Of a stretch of DNA of 64,000 nt, positions 47,081-56,042 are shown piece after piece. Position numbers and translations under genes: made by a program. Each line of letters begins with the position of its first letter. The first letter of the stretch is position 1. The notes beneath the pieces were generated by a model that saw only the letters and a program-made list of their open reading frames with translations, was not told where the DNA came from and ran no database searches. This stretch comes from Deltaproteobacteria bacterium (lineage in GTDB: Bacteria > Myxococcota_A > UBA9160 > SMWR01). The stretch covers positions 1 through 64,000 of the forward strand of contig JAQBHB010000068.1 of NCBI GenBank assembly GCA_032128115.1, given 5' to 3'.

Positions 47081-48232
47081 ATGTCCGAGCGGGAATTGCT
47101 GAACACGGCCCGGAAGCTCCGCGAGCTGATCGAATCCGAGGCCGAACACGTGGAGCAGAACGCCACCATGACGGAGCCGGTGGTGGAGGCGCTGGTGGAG
47201 TCAGGCCTGTTCCGCCTGCTCGTGCCCAGCGACCTGGGCGGCCTCGAGGCCGACGCCGCGACGATCCTCGATGTGTGCGAGGAACTCTCGTTCGCCGATG
47301 GCTCCGTGGGCTGGGCGTTCGCCCAGAATACGACGGTGATGGCCTACGCCGCCTACCTGACCCGGGAACACGCCGAGCCGCTGGCGCGCTGCCGGGCGGG
47401 CGCGGGCATGTTCGCCCCCCTGGGAGTGGCCCACGTGGAGAACGGCGGCTTCCGGGTCTCCGGCCGCTACCCCTTCGGCAGTGGATCCGGCCATGCCGAC
47501 TACATGGGTGGCTCGGCCATGGTGATGCAGGACGGGGAGATGGCGCCCTTCGTGGATGGCCTGCCGCAGATCCGGGCCTTCATCGTTCCCAGTGATCGCA
47601 CGGCGCTCAAGGGCAACTGGGACGTCATGGGCCTGCGTGGCACGGGAAGCTTCGACTTCGAGATCCCCGAACAGCACGTGGAAGCCGGCCAGACGTTTTC
47701 GCTCTTCGAGACCCGCCCCATCGCCGGCGGCGCGATCTACGGTCTGGGCCCGGTCGTGTTGGGCACCATCAGCTCGGTGGCCTGGGCCATCGGGGTGGCC
47801 GAACGGGCGCTGCATGAAATCGGCGAGATCGCCAAGGGGGGCCGCACGCGCCTGGGTTCCCAGCCGCTGCGGGAGCACCAGATCTTCCAACGCGATTTCG
47901 GACTCCACAAGATCGCGGTGGCCGGCGCCCGCGCGCTGGCCAGGGATTCCTACGGCGGCGCCGTCGCCGCCATCGAGCGCGGCGAACCCAGGGACACCTG
48001 CACGGATCTCATCCGCGAGACCAAGGCCGCCGCCAGCTACGTCACCCGGGTGGCCAAGCAAGCGACGACCTTCGCCTGGGAGGCCTCGGGGAGCAGCGGC
48101 ATGCGCAACCCGAGCCGCCTCCAGCGCTGCTTCCGAGACCTGTACATGGGCGCCGGGCATCAGGTCTTCGACGAGCGCAACTACATCGAACTCGCGAAGA
48201 CGAACCTGGGGCTGGAAAACGCGATCTTCTAG
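47081..48232 (+). CDS. Acyl-CoA dehydrogenase-fold flavin monooxygenase (HsaA/IacA-like)
   Basis: ADGSVGW, SGRYPFGSG, WDVMGLRGTGS, LQRCFRD...H. Confidence 0.87.
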   Translation: MSERELLNTARKLRELIESEAEHVEQNATMTEPVVEALVESGLFRLLVPSDLGGLEADAATILDVCEELSFADGSVGWAFAQNTTVMAYAAYLTREHAEPLARCRAGAGMFAPLGVAHVENGGFRVSGRYPFGSGSGHADYMGGSAMVMQDGEMAPFVDGLPQIRAFIVPSDRTALKGNWDVMGLRGTGSFDFEIPEQHVEAGQTFSLFETRPIAGGAIYGLGPVVLGTISSVAWAIGVAERALHEIGEIAKGGRTRLGSQPLREHQIFQRDFGLHKIAVAGARALARDSYGGAVAAIERGEPRDTCTDLIRETKAAASYVTRVAKQATTFAWEASGSSGMRNPSRLQRCFRDLYMGAGHQVFDERNYIELAKTNLGLENAIF

Positions 48233-48284
48233 CGCTGGGATTCCCCGCGGAAGAAAGCGCTGCGCACCCGACGGGGCCAACGGA

Positions 48285-49268
48285 TCAGGCCGCGTCGTCT
48301 CCCTCCTCTGGATCCACCGGCAGCGCGATGGGAGCCGCCGGCATCGGGATGCGCTCGAGCTCGGACACGGCGTGGGGCGCCAATGCGAACACCACCACGC
48401 CCGCCACGGTGACGGCCATGCCGCCCAGCTGCCAGGCGGTGGGTGACTCCCCCAGGAGCAGGAAACTCACGCCGAGTGCGAGCACGGGAGTCGAGGGCAC
48501 CACGATCGCCGTGGCCCGCGCCAGATCCAGGCGCAGGATCGCCAAGTACCAGAGCATGGTTCCGGCGTAGGAGAGAACGATGCCCTGGAATGCGAGCGTT
48601 GGCAGCTGCGCCGACAACGAGGCGGCGCCGTCGCCCCCGCCGAGGGCGAGAGCGGGAGCCAGAAACAGGGATCCGTATACGTAACGGGCGCCCGTGAGCG
48701 CCTGGGCCGGAAAGCCGCGCAGGCGGCGGAGCACCATCACGTGAGAGAGCTGCCAGCAAAGCGGAGTGACCAACAGCAGGGCCAGGCCAAGCGGATCGCC
48801 CCGGGCTTCTTTTCCCACGCCCACCGCCACGGCGACGCCCGCGGCCAGCACGGCGCACGCCGCGACCCGGCGCAGGGTGAGTCGGTGGCCGAGCACCCGC
48901 CACGCCAGCAACAGCGCGTAGACCGGCTCGATCTGGAGACACAACGCCGCCTCGATGGCCGATGTGCGCTGGGTGCCGACGAAGAACAGCACGTACGGAA
49001 GCGCGGTGCCCAGCAGTCCCAGGATCGCGAGCGTGCCCAGCGTGTCGCGCTGCACCAGCAGGCGCAGCTCGCCGCGCGCCGCCAGCACCGCCAGGGCCGA
49101 CGCGCCGGCAAAGGCCGTGGTGAGCGCCGCCACGAACAGCGGGTCCGCGCGGCCGGTGGTGAGCTTCGCCACCGCCGGCACGAAGGCGCCGTTCAGGGCA
49201 CACAGGAGTCCGAAGACCATCCCCGCGCCCTGACCGGAGAGCCCGCCTCGGGGGGCCGTCGTATCCAC
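48285..49268 (-). CDS. DMT (EamA) family transporter
   Basis: About 10 TM segments; G..RTSA..AA....EP; LLGE; start GTG 49268 or ATG 49220. Confidence 0.87.
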   Translation of the reverse strand: MDTTAPRGGLSGQGAGMVFGLLCALNGAFVPAVAKLTTGRADPLFVAALTTAFAGASALAVLAARGELRLLVQRDTLGTLAILGLLGTALPYVLFFVGTQRTSAIEAALCLQIEPVYALLLAWRVLGHRLTLRRVAACAVLAAGVAVAVGVGKEARGDPLGLALLLVTPLCWQLSHVMVLRRLRGFPAQALTGARYVYGSLFLAPALALGGGDGAASLSAQLPTLAFQGIVLSYAGTMLWYLAILRLDLARATAIVVPSTPVLALGVSFLLLGESPTAWQLGGMAVTVAGVVVFALAPHAVSELERIPMPAAPIALPVDPEEGDDAA

Positions 49269-49353
49269 CGCCGGAATTCCTCGCCTGGCGGATCCAACGG
49301 GATGTCGGATCCGACGCCGAGCAAGTAGCCGCCACGGCCGACGCGTGCAACGG

Positions 49354-50799
49354 TCAGCGCGAGAGCGGGCTCCGGCGCGCCGCATCGCGCGGGCAAGCCA
49401 GCAGATCGCTGCCTTCCACCTCCCGACCCAGGGCCTCGAGCCGGGCCGCAATCGCCTCGACCACCGCGCGCAGGATGGGCGGCACGTGCAGACCGTAGAG
49501 CTCCATCCGGACCGTGGTCACCGCCATCTCTGCCACCAGCCGAAACTGCTGGTTCGGGAAATCCTCGCCCTCCAGCCGGTGGACCTCCTGGCCAGCTTCC
49601 AGCGAAACCAGGCGCGAGAACGGAATCCGATGCTGACGGCAGCGCCAGGGACCGATGTGGACCAGGTGATCCAGGTACCGGGGATCGATCCGGAACGTGT
49701 GGCGACCGAATACCCAGACGAATAGCGAGCGCGTGCCGATCAGCGTGCCGACGGAGAGCAGCAGCGCGACTCCCCCCGCCACGACCTTGAAGATCGGCGT
49801 GGCCCAGACGGCCCAGGCACCGAATCCGATCACGGTCGCATCGATCGCCAACGCTCCGAGGACGTTGAATGGCGTGGCCAGTGGGTGCAGGTGGCACCAG
49901 GGCGGAATCGTCCATACCCGGGCGTCGCCATCGCCATCGCCGTCGCCGTCGCGACGGGACACGGCTGCGCTTTCGCCGTCGGCGACCCGGAGGGTGTGCC
50001 CGATGCGAGCGGGCGGCATCGCGAGGCCGCCGCCGGTCTGGACCAGTCCCGTCTGGCAATGCGGACACTCGATGGCGCCCTGCTGGAGGAGATCCTTCTC
50101 CTCGGCCACGGGCCCCCCGCACCCGGGGCAGGCCACGCGATCGGCGCTCCGCGACTTCCGGGCGTCCTTCACGGCTGCGACGATCTCGCGCTCGAGCCAT
50201 CGCACGCTCTCGAGACCTGGCATCCAGACGAACAGGCGCCCCCCGGGAGCGCGTATCCGGACGCCGCTTCGACCCCGCACGATGCTCGAGGTGTGGAATC
50301 GCTCGGTCTCCAGACGCCGGTGGCGCCACGCGATCCCAGCGGTGACCCACCAGAGATCGACGCGTCCATCGGAGACGGCCAGGCGCTGACGCGTGCTGCT
50401 GCCCACCAGGATCACGACACCGATCAGGGCCAGGAGACCGATCAACCAGGGAGTGAGCATCACCGCCAGGGTCGGACTCGACAGACCGATCCAGTGCAGA
50501 ACGCCCCCGACGCCGAGATCCGCTGCCGCGACACCCAGCAGGCCCCTTTCCAGGGGCAGCACGAACTCGCCTTGCGTCTCGAACTCGGAGGAACCGGGGC
50601 GAACCACGCGCGTCACGCGACCGGCCGGTCCCTGGATGGCGAAGTCGCCTACCCCGGGTACGGGCTCGGGGCTCGCGCACCACGCACACTGGAACCAGCC
50701 ATGCTGGCGGGCTTCCGAGCTGAGTCGGTTGCCCGCGCCGCAGGTCCGGCAGTGGAGGCTGCGCCGGTCCTCGCTGACCCGCTCCCCCCCTCGTGCCAT
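49354..50799 (-). CDS. Hypothetical membrane protein with two zinc-ribbon modules
   Basis: CRTCG..CAWC and CPGCG..CPHC, each followed by a TM pair and a beta-rich segment; DG repeat. Confidence 0.6.
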   Translation of the reverse strand: MARGGERVSEDRRSLHCRTCGAGNRLSSEARQHGWFQCAWCASPEPVPGVGDFAIQGPAGRVTRVVRPGSSEFETQGEFVLPLERGLLGVAAADLGVGGVLHWIGLSSPTLAVMLTPWLIGLLALIGVVILVGSSTRQRLAVSDGRVDLWWVTAGIAWRHRRLETERFHTSSIVRGRSGVRIRAPGGRLFVWMPGLESVRWLEREIVAAVKDARKSRSADRVACPGCGGPVAEEKDLLQQGAIECPHCQTGLVQTGGGLAMPPARIGHTLRVADGESAAVSRRDGDGDGDGDARVWTIPPWCHLHPLATPFNVLGALAIDATVIGFGAWAVWATPIFKVVAGGVALLLSVGTLIGTRSLFVWVFGRHTFRIDPRYLDHLVHIGPWRCRQHRIPFSRLVSLEAGQEVHRLEGEDFPNQQFRLVAEMAVTTVRMELYGLHVPPILRAVVEAIAARLEALGREVEGSDLLACPRDAARRSPLSR

Positions 50800-50918
50800 C
50801 GAACCCCCCGGAATCTGCGCCCGGGGTCCTCATCGGCCGATCCAGAGGCTGCCTTGTGACCCCCAAGCCGGCCCCCGGCCCGCGTGCAGCCAGGCGAAGC
50901 CGAACACAGCCGAGGGGG

Positions 50919-51137
50919 CTACGAGGCGAGCTTCTCCTCCGGCGTGACACCTTCGTCGCCCACCACGGCATCCACGTAGCCTACCGACTCGACGAGCACT
51001 TCACGGGCCTCCGCGACCGCGACGCCCTCCGGGGTATCGCCGGCCGAGGCGCCGAAGGCCAGAACCCAGACGATTGCAATCCAGATCGCAATCCAGATCG
51101 CAATCCACGGTATCCGTCGTCGGAGTCGCGCCGACAT
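50919..51137 (-). pseudogene. Short signal-peptide ORF, possible truncated MlaC/Ttg2D-like gene
   Basis: MSARLRRRIPWIAIWIAIWIAIVWVLAFGASA then EAREVLVESV..V.D....EEKL and an early stop; 12-bp tandem GCAATCCAGATC at 51076-51107. Confidence 0.35.
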
Positions 51138-51157
51138 GGATGCCTTCCGCGCCAACT

Positions 51158-52951
51158 CTACACGTCCAGGCCGACGCTGCGCATCAGCTCGATCGCATTG
51201 CTCTTGGTGACGACGCCCGAACGCAGCTGGAAATCGAAGTGCATGCGGCCCTCCTCCAGGTGATCCTGGAAGTGCACGTTGGTGACGTAGGGCGCGAGCT
51301 CCGGGCCCGGGCGGGTGATGGCGAGATCGTGGGTGGTCACCAGGCCAATGGCGCCGCGCTCCACCAGGCTCCGGAGAACCGCCTCGGCGCCGATCTGGCG
51401 ATCGTGGGAGTTGGTGCCGTGAAGGATTTCGTCGAGCAGGAACAGAACCGGAAGTGCCTCGCGAGTGGCCTCGACGATCCGGTGCAACCGGGTGATCTCG
51501 GCGTAGAAACGCGAACTTCCCTCCTGGAGCGAGTCCACCACCCGGATCGACGTGCCGACGAACACCGGCGTCAATTCCAGTCGGCGGGCACGAGCGGTAC
51601 CGCCGGCCAGCGCCAGGACCGCGTTCAGGCCCAGCGTCCGCAGCAGGGTGCTCTTCCCCGACATGTTGGAGCCGCTCACCAGCAGCACGCGCCGATCGGC
51701 ATCGAGCCAGACGTCGTTGCGCACACACTCGGACTCCGCGAGCAGCGGATGGCCGACGTGGGAAGCCTCCAGACGCGGCGATCCCGACACGATCGCCGGT
51801 ATGCAATCGTCCGGGTGCTCGGCCGCGTGGGTCGCGAGCGAAGCCAGTGCCTCGAGCTCCGCCACCGCCGTCAGCCACTGCTCGATCGATGCGCCGTGAC
51901 GCACCCGCCAGGCGTCGATGCTGAGCGTGATCTGGGTGGTGAAGAGCACAAGCGCGCCGAGGGGAGCGAACAGCTGGTTGCGGCGCGCATCCAGCAGGTT
52001 CACCAGCCGCCGCAACTGTGCGATCCGGCGCGAGGCCGGCAGGCCCCGGATCTCCACCCGCTCGCGCAGCCGGGCCAGGAGCGGGCTCGAGAAGTGCTCG
52101 CGCTCGAGGATCTCCAACAGCTGCGCCAGCACGTCCAGATCCCGCATGGGCGCCTCGATGGAGCGGATGCTGGCGACGACGCGGCGGCGAACCAGGCAGG
52201 CAAATCCGCTCTGCACGACCAGGACGAAGAGCAGCGGGATGTAGGGCATGCCCAGGAACCAGGCCACCAGCAGGCCCGCCGAGAGCATCCCGAAACCTGC
52301 GGCGACGATGCGCACGGCCGGGCTCGGTGGGGAAATGGCGGCCCTCCCCCAGGCGAGGATCGAATCCGAGTGGAGTTCAGCGGCAACGGCTTCGCCCACC
52401 CGAGCCAATTCCTCGCGCAGATCGAGCCGCTCGCGGAGTTCGGCCACGGCGACCTGGCGCCCGCGCACCGCATCCGGGTCGGTGGGCGCCAGCAGCCAGG
52501 CGGCGAGCACCTCCTCTCCGCGCCGTGTGCGCGCACGGCACAGCAGCTCGAAGAGCGAGCCGACCCCGAACAGATCGAGATCTTCCGCATACGGATGCTG
52601 CGGATCCCGGAAGCGGTCGCCCTGGGATCCCCGACCCGCGAAGCGGTGCTCCAAGCGGGCGACGCCGCCCTCGTAGTACGCAACGGCCCGCTCCGCGTCG
52701 CGCTGGCGGGTCAGCACGCGGTCGTGCATCACCACCAACACCGCGAACGCCGCAGCCGGCAGCCCCACCCAGGCGCCATCGATCCGGTCGGCGCCAAACG
52801 CCAATCCCGCGGCTGCGACACCGGCGGCGAACACCGCAAGCCGCGCATTCGAGATGCGGTTCGCCGTGCGCGTGCAGTGCCCGACCGCCTGGCCTCGGGT
52901 CGCGAGGCGCGCGTCGTATTCCCGGCGGATCTGTTTCGCGGCCTCGGACAC
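51158..52951 (-). CDS. Membrane-anchored MutS-like ATPase (domain V, no mismatch-binding domain)
   Basis: N-terminal TM helices; HPYAEDLDLFG.GSLF; GSNMSGKST; DEILHGTNS; TTHDL. Confidence 0.9.
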   Translation of the reverse strand: MSEAAKQIRREYDARLATRGQAVGHCTRTANRISNARLAVFAAGVAAAGLAFGADRIDGAWVGLPAAAFAVLVVMHDRVLTRQRDAERAVAYYEGGVARLEHRFAGRGSQGDRFRDPQHPYAEDLDLFGVGSLFELLCRARTRRGEEVLAAWLLAPTDPDAVRGRQVAVAELRERLDLREELARVGEAVAAELHSDSILAWGRAAISPPSPAVRIVAAGFGMLSAGLLVAWFLGMPYIPLLFVLVVQSGFACLVRRRVVASIRSIEAPMRDLDVLAQLLEILEREHFSSPLLARLRERVEIRGLPASRRIAQLRRLVNLLDARRNQLFAPLGALVLFTTQITLSIDAWRVRHGASIEQWLTAVAELEALASLATHAAEHPDDCIPAIVSGSPRLEASHVGHPLLAESECVRNDVWLDADRRVLLVSGSNMSGKSTLLRTLGLNAVLALAGGTARARRLELTPVFVGTSIRVVDSLQEGSSRFYAEITRLHRIVEATREALPVLFLLDEILHGTNSHDRQIGAEAVLRSLVERGAIGLVTTHDLAITRPGPELAPYVTNVHFQDHLEEGRMHFDFQLRSGVVTKSNAIELMRSVGLDV

Positions 52952-53099
52952 CCTACCCCCCGGTGCGCAGCGATCGAGCGCACGCGGGAGTCTGGGGCAA
53001 TCGGGACGTGGGCGCATGCGGAATCGCGCGCCGGCCCCGCGGATCCGGTGGTGATCCGGCGGAATCGGCGCGATACTCCGCCATCACCCGGGAGTCATC

Positions 53100-53438
53100 G
53101 TGGCCAAGGCAATCGACTGGTACTACCACCGCAAGGGCTGAACGTCTTGCACGCGAGCGTCCAAGTTCCTGGACGCAAACGGCATCGAGGTCAGGGAAGT
53201 CGTACCCGCCAGCCGCAAGCTGGCCCGCAAGGAGGCCGCCGCCCTGGCCGTGCAGGCCTCGAAGATCGTGGTAGCCAAGGGCAAGAAGGTGACGGAGTTC
53301 GCCGGCGGCACGGCCGGAAAAGACGTGATCGAGGCCATGCTCGGACCCACGGGAAACCTGAGGGCACCGACGATCCGCAAGGGCAAGACGCTGCTGGTGG
53401 GCTTCAACGAAGAGGTCTTCGACCAGATCCTCGGGTAA
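53100..53438 (+). CDS. ArsC-family selenoprotein (UxxC), 112 aa
   Basis: GGAG RBS, GTG 53100; MAKAIDWYYHRKG-TGA(53139-53141)-TSCTRASKFL..., continuing in frame to MLGPTGNLRAPTIRKGKTLLVGFN and TAA 53438. Confidence 0.88.
53157..53176 (+). promoter_or_regulatory. Putative bacterial SECIS hairpin
   Basis: GCGTCCA-AGTTCC-TGGACGC: 7-bp stem with GU in the loop, 22 nt after the UGA. Confidence 0.7.
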
Positions 53439-54669
53439 CGCGGCGCCTGCGCGCGCGCAGCCAGACCATCGGCGGCAGCATCGCCACCAGCTCGAAGCCG
53501 TCGCCGCAATCCTCGGGGCCGAATGCGGCGGAAATCACTTCGCCCGTCAGCGAATCGTAGAGCGGGCCCTGATCGACGCAGCCATCGCCCGCGCCGTGAT
53601 TCCTGGGCACGCACACGAGCAGCGTACCCTCGCAGACGCCCCCGAACTCGTCCTCTGCCCGGAAGCTCAGGTGGTAGGTCCTCCCGTCCCCGGATCCGCT
53701 GCGCTCCCGGCGCAGACTGGCGAATTCGCTCCCGAGCCCCTTTGCATCCGGCGCGGTCTTCCCATCGCCCGAGTCGTTCACGGGCTCGTCCTGGGCGATC
53801 CGGGTGATGACCATGTCGGTCGGGTCGCCGTCCGGGTCGCTCACGCCGTGGATCGCGACCTTCTTGAACTTGTGGTCGGGGGGCCAGAGCACGTCCGGAT
53901 CGGCGGCCGCACTGCTGCAGTCCGGCGGCTGGTTGAATGTCGTCGATGCGAGGCCCGTAAGCGGTCCCATACCTGTGTCACCGACCGGGTGGCTGGCGCC
54001 CGACTGGGGATCGATGCTGTACAGCATGCCCTGGTCGGCGCCGGTTCCCCCCGCGTAGAGCACGCCGTTCGCTCCGAACTCCAGGCTGCCGGCTCGGATG
54101 CCCGTGGATCCGATCACGGACGCCAGTCCGGTGGAGAGATCGAGGCTGAGCAGGTCCGCGGGACCCGAGCCGCCGCGAATCCCGTACAGGACCTGGGCCG
54201 TCTCATCGAAGGCGAGGCCAGAGATGGCACCGGTTCCGGTGAGGCCCACCAGATCCGACACCCCGGTCGACGGATCGAGAATTCGCAGCTCGGAGGGAGT
54301 CTCGCCGCCCCCCCCCGAAATCACGGTGCCGTAGAGCGCGAGCCCGACGAACTCGAGGCCCGTGAAGGATCCGCCGTTGAAGAGGGTGGGCCCGAGCGGG
54401 ACGCCGGTTTCGATGTCGAACTCGGTGCCCGCGAAAGTGCCGTCGGGCGCCTGGGCAAAGGCTCGGCCCGTGTCCGGGCTGTACTCGATTTCGGTGGCGC
54501 CGTGCGGGAGCGCGGCGACGAACTGCGCTTCGGCCGTCACCAGATCCACCGTGAACAGGGACCCGTCCCGGTTGGTGGCGTAGAGGAACTCTCCGGTCGC
54601 GGTGGCGGCGGTCATCGCGAGGGCTGCGACGAACCCCACGGCTCCAGGTGTCAGACCGCGCTTGAACAT
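53404..54669 (-). CDS. Secreted beta-propeller-like surface protein with LWPPxHK domain and CGxG-type C-terminal tail
   Basis: GGAGAGGA RBS, ATG 54669, signal peptide; repeats L..ID..TG...IG.TG; DCSSAAADPDVLWPPDHK; CGDGFELVAMLPPMVWLRARRRR. Confidence 0.8.
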   Translation of the reverse strand: MFKRGLTPGAVGFVAALAMTAATATGEFLYATNRDGSLFTVDLVTAEAQFVAALPHGATEIEYSPDTGRAFAQAPDGTFAGTEFDIETGVPLGPTLFNGGSFTGLEFVGLALYGTVISGGGGETPSELRILDPSTGVSDLVGLTGTGAISGLAFDETAQVLYGIRGGSGPADLLSLDLSTGLASVIGSTGIRAGSLEFGANGVLYAGGTGADQGMLYSIDPQSGASHPVGDTGMGPLTGLASTTFNQPPDCSSAAADPDVLWPPDHKFKKVAIHGVSDPDGDPTDMVITRIAQDEPVNDSGDGKTAPDAKGLGSEFASLRRERSGSGDGRTYHLSFRAEDEFGGVCEGTLLVCVPRNHGAGDGCVDQGPLYDSLTGEVISAAFGPEDCGDGFELVAMLPPMVWLRARRRRVTRGSGRRPLR

Positions 54670-54773
54670 GATCCTCTCCAGCACAGCTGCGCAGCGCAGA
54701 TTCCCGGCCAGAATACCACCTGGCGGTCCCCTCAGGCGCCACAAGTTCGGGCGCTCGAAGCTACGCTCCGGGC

Positions 54774-56042
54774 GTGGATCGGAGGGGCCTGAGGCGCGTC
54801 GTCGGGATCTCCTGCCTGGTGATCGCCGGCGAGGCGATCTTCAGCCTGCCCTTCCATGTGGCGCGCTACTTCCGCCCCAGCCTGCTGCTGGCCCTCGACC
54901 TCACGAACAGCCAGCTGGGGCTGCTGCAGGCGGCGTACGGCGTGGTGGCGATGCTGGCCTACTTCCCGGGCGGGTTTCTCGCGGATCTCTTTTCGACCCG
55001 CATGCTCCTGACCGCGTCGTTGGCGACGACGGCGCTGGGTGGCTTCTACTTCGCCAGCTTTCCGAGCTACCAGGGCCTGTGGCTCCTGTTCGCGTTCTGG
55101 GGCCTCACGACCATCCTGTTGTTCTGGGCGGCCCTGATCCGGGCGACCCGGGAGTGGGGAGCACGAGACGCCCAGGGCTACGCCTACGGGATCCTGGACG
55201 GGGGCCGCGGTCTCTTCGCGGCCGTGATGGCCTTCGTTGCCGTGCTGATTTTCGCGGCCTCGTTCCCCGGCGATTCGACCGGCGTCAGCGATGCGCAGCG
55301 CCTGGACGCCCTGCGAAACGTGATCTTCTTCTACACGGCGATGACGCTGGCGTCGGCCGCCCTGTCCTGGTTCTTCGTGATCGACTGGCGGGCCTCGAGC
55401 CCAAGGCCCCGGGTGTCGCCGGGGTTGCTTTCGCGCGTTCGCCAGGTGTTCCGCCGGCCCGGCGTCTGGGTGCAGGCACTGATCGTGGTGTGCGCCTACG
55501 TGGGCTACAAGGGGATCGACAACTACTCGCTGTTCGCCGTCCAGGCTCACGGCATGAGTGAGGTCGACGGGGCACGCATCAGCGCACTCGGGGCCTGGGT
55601 GCGACCCGTCGCCGCCGTCGCCGTGGGTCTTCTGGGCGACCGGATCCGTTGCTCCCGGGCGGCTGCGGTCTGTTTTGCACTGCTTTGCGGCAGCTACCTG
55701 TGGTTTGCCCTGCACACCCCCGAGCCGTCGATGGCGTGGATCCTCTTCGCCAACATCGCCGTCACCAGTGCCGCGATCTACGGATTGCGGGCCGTCTACT
55801 TCGGCCTGTTCGAAGAGGGAAGCGTACCGCCCGCCGTCACGGGAACCGCCATCGGACTGGTCTCGGTGGTCGGCTACACGCCGGATGTCTTCATCGGTCC
55901 GCTCGGGGGCTGGATCCTCGACCGTTCGCCCGGTCTCGCGGGACATCAGCACTACTTCCTGATGCTGCTCGCGTTCGCTGGGGTCGGATGTCTCGCCAGC
56001 CTCGCCTTCCCGCGAATCTCGCTGCGTCGTCAGCGGGCGTAG
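54774..56042 (+). CDS. MFS transporter
   Basis: YFPGGFLADLFS, GLLGDR; about 12 TM segments. Confidence 0.9.
   Translation: MDRRGLRRVVGISCLVIAGEAIFSLPFHVARYFRPSLLLALDLTNSQLGLLQAAYGVVAMLAYFPGGFLADLFSTRMLLTASLATTALGGFYFASFPSYQGLWLLFAFWGLTTILLFWAALIRATREWGARDAQGYAYGILDGGRGLFAAVMAFVAVLIFAASFPGDSTGVSDAQRLDALRNVIFFYTAMTLASAALSWFFVIDWRASSPRPRVSPGLLSRVRQVFRRPGVWVQALIVVCAYVGYKGIDNYSLFAVQAHGMSEVDGARISALGAWVRPVAAVAVGLLGDRIRCSRAAAVCFALLCGSYLWFALHTPEPSMAWILFANIAVTSAAIYGLRAVYFGLFEEGSVPPAVTGTAIGLVSVVGYTPDVFIGPLGGWILDRSPGLAGHQHYFLMLLAFAGVGCLASLAFPRISLRRQRA

Noticed and set aside
53139..53141. Alternative genetic code (TGA = Trp/Gly)
   Set aside because: Many genes here end at TGA at their expected C-termini; only this TGA sits at a catalytic Cys position.
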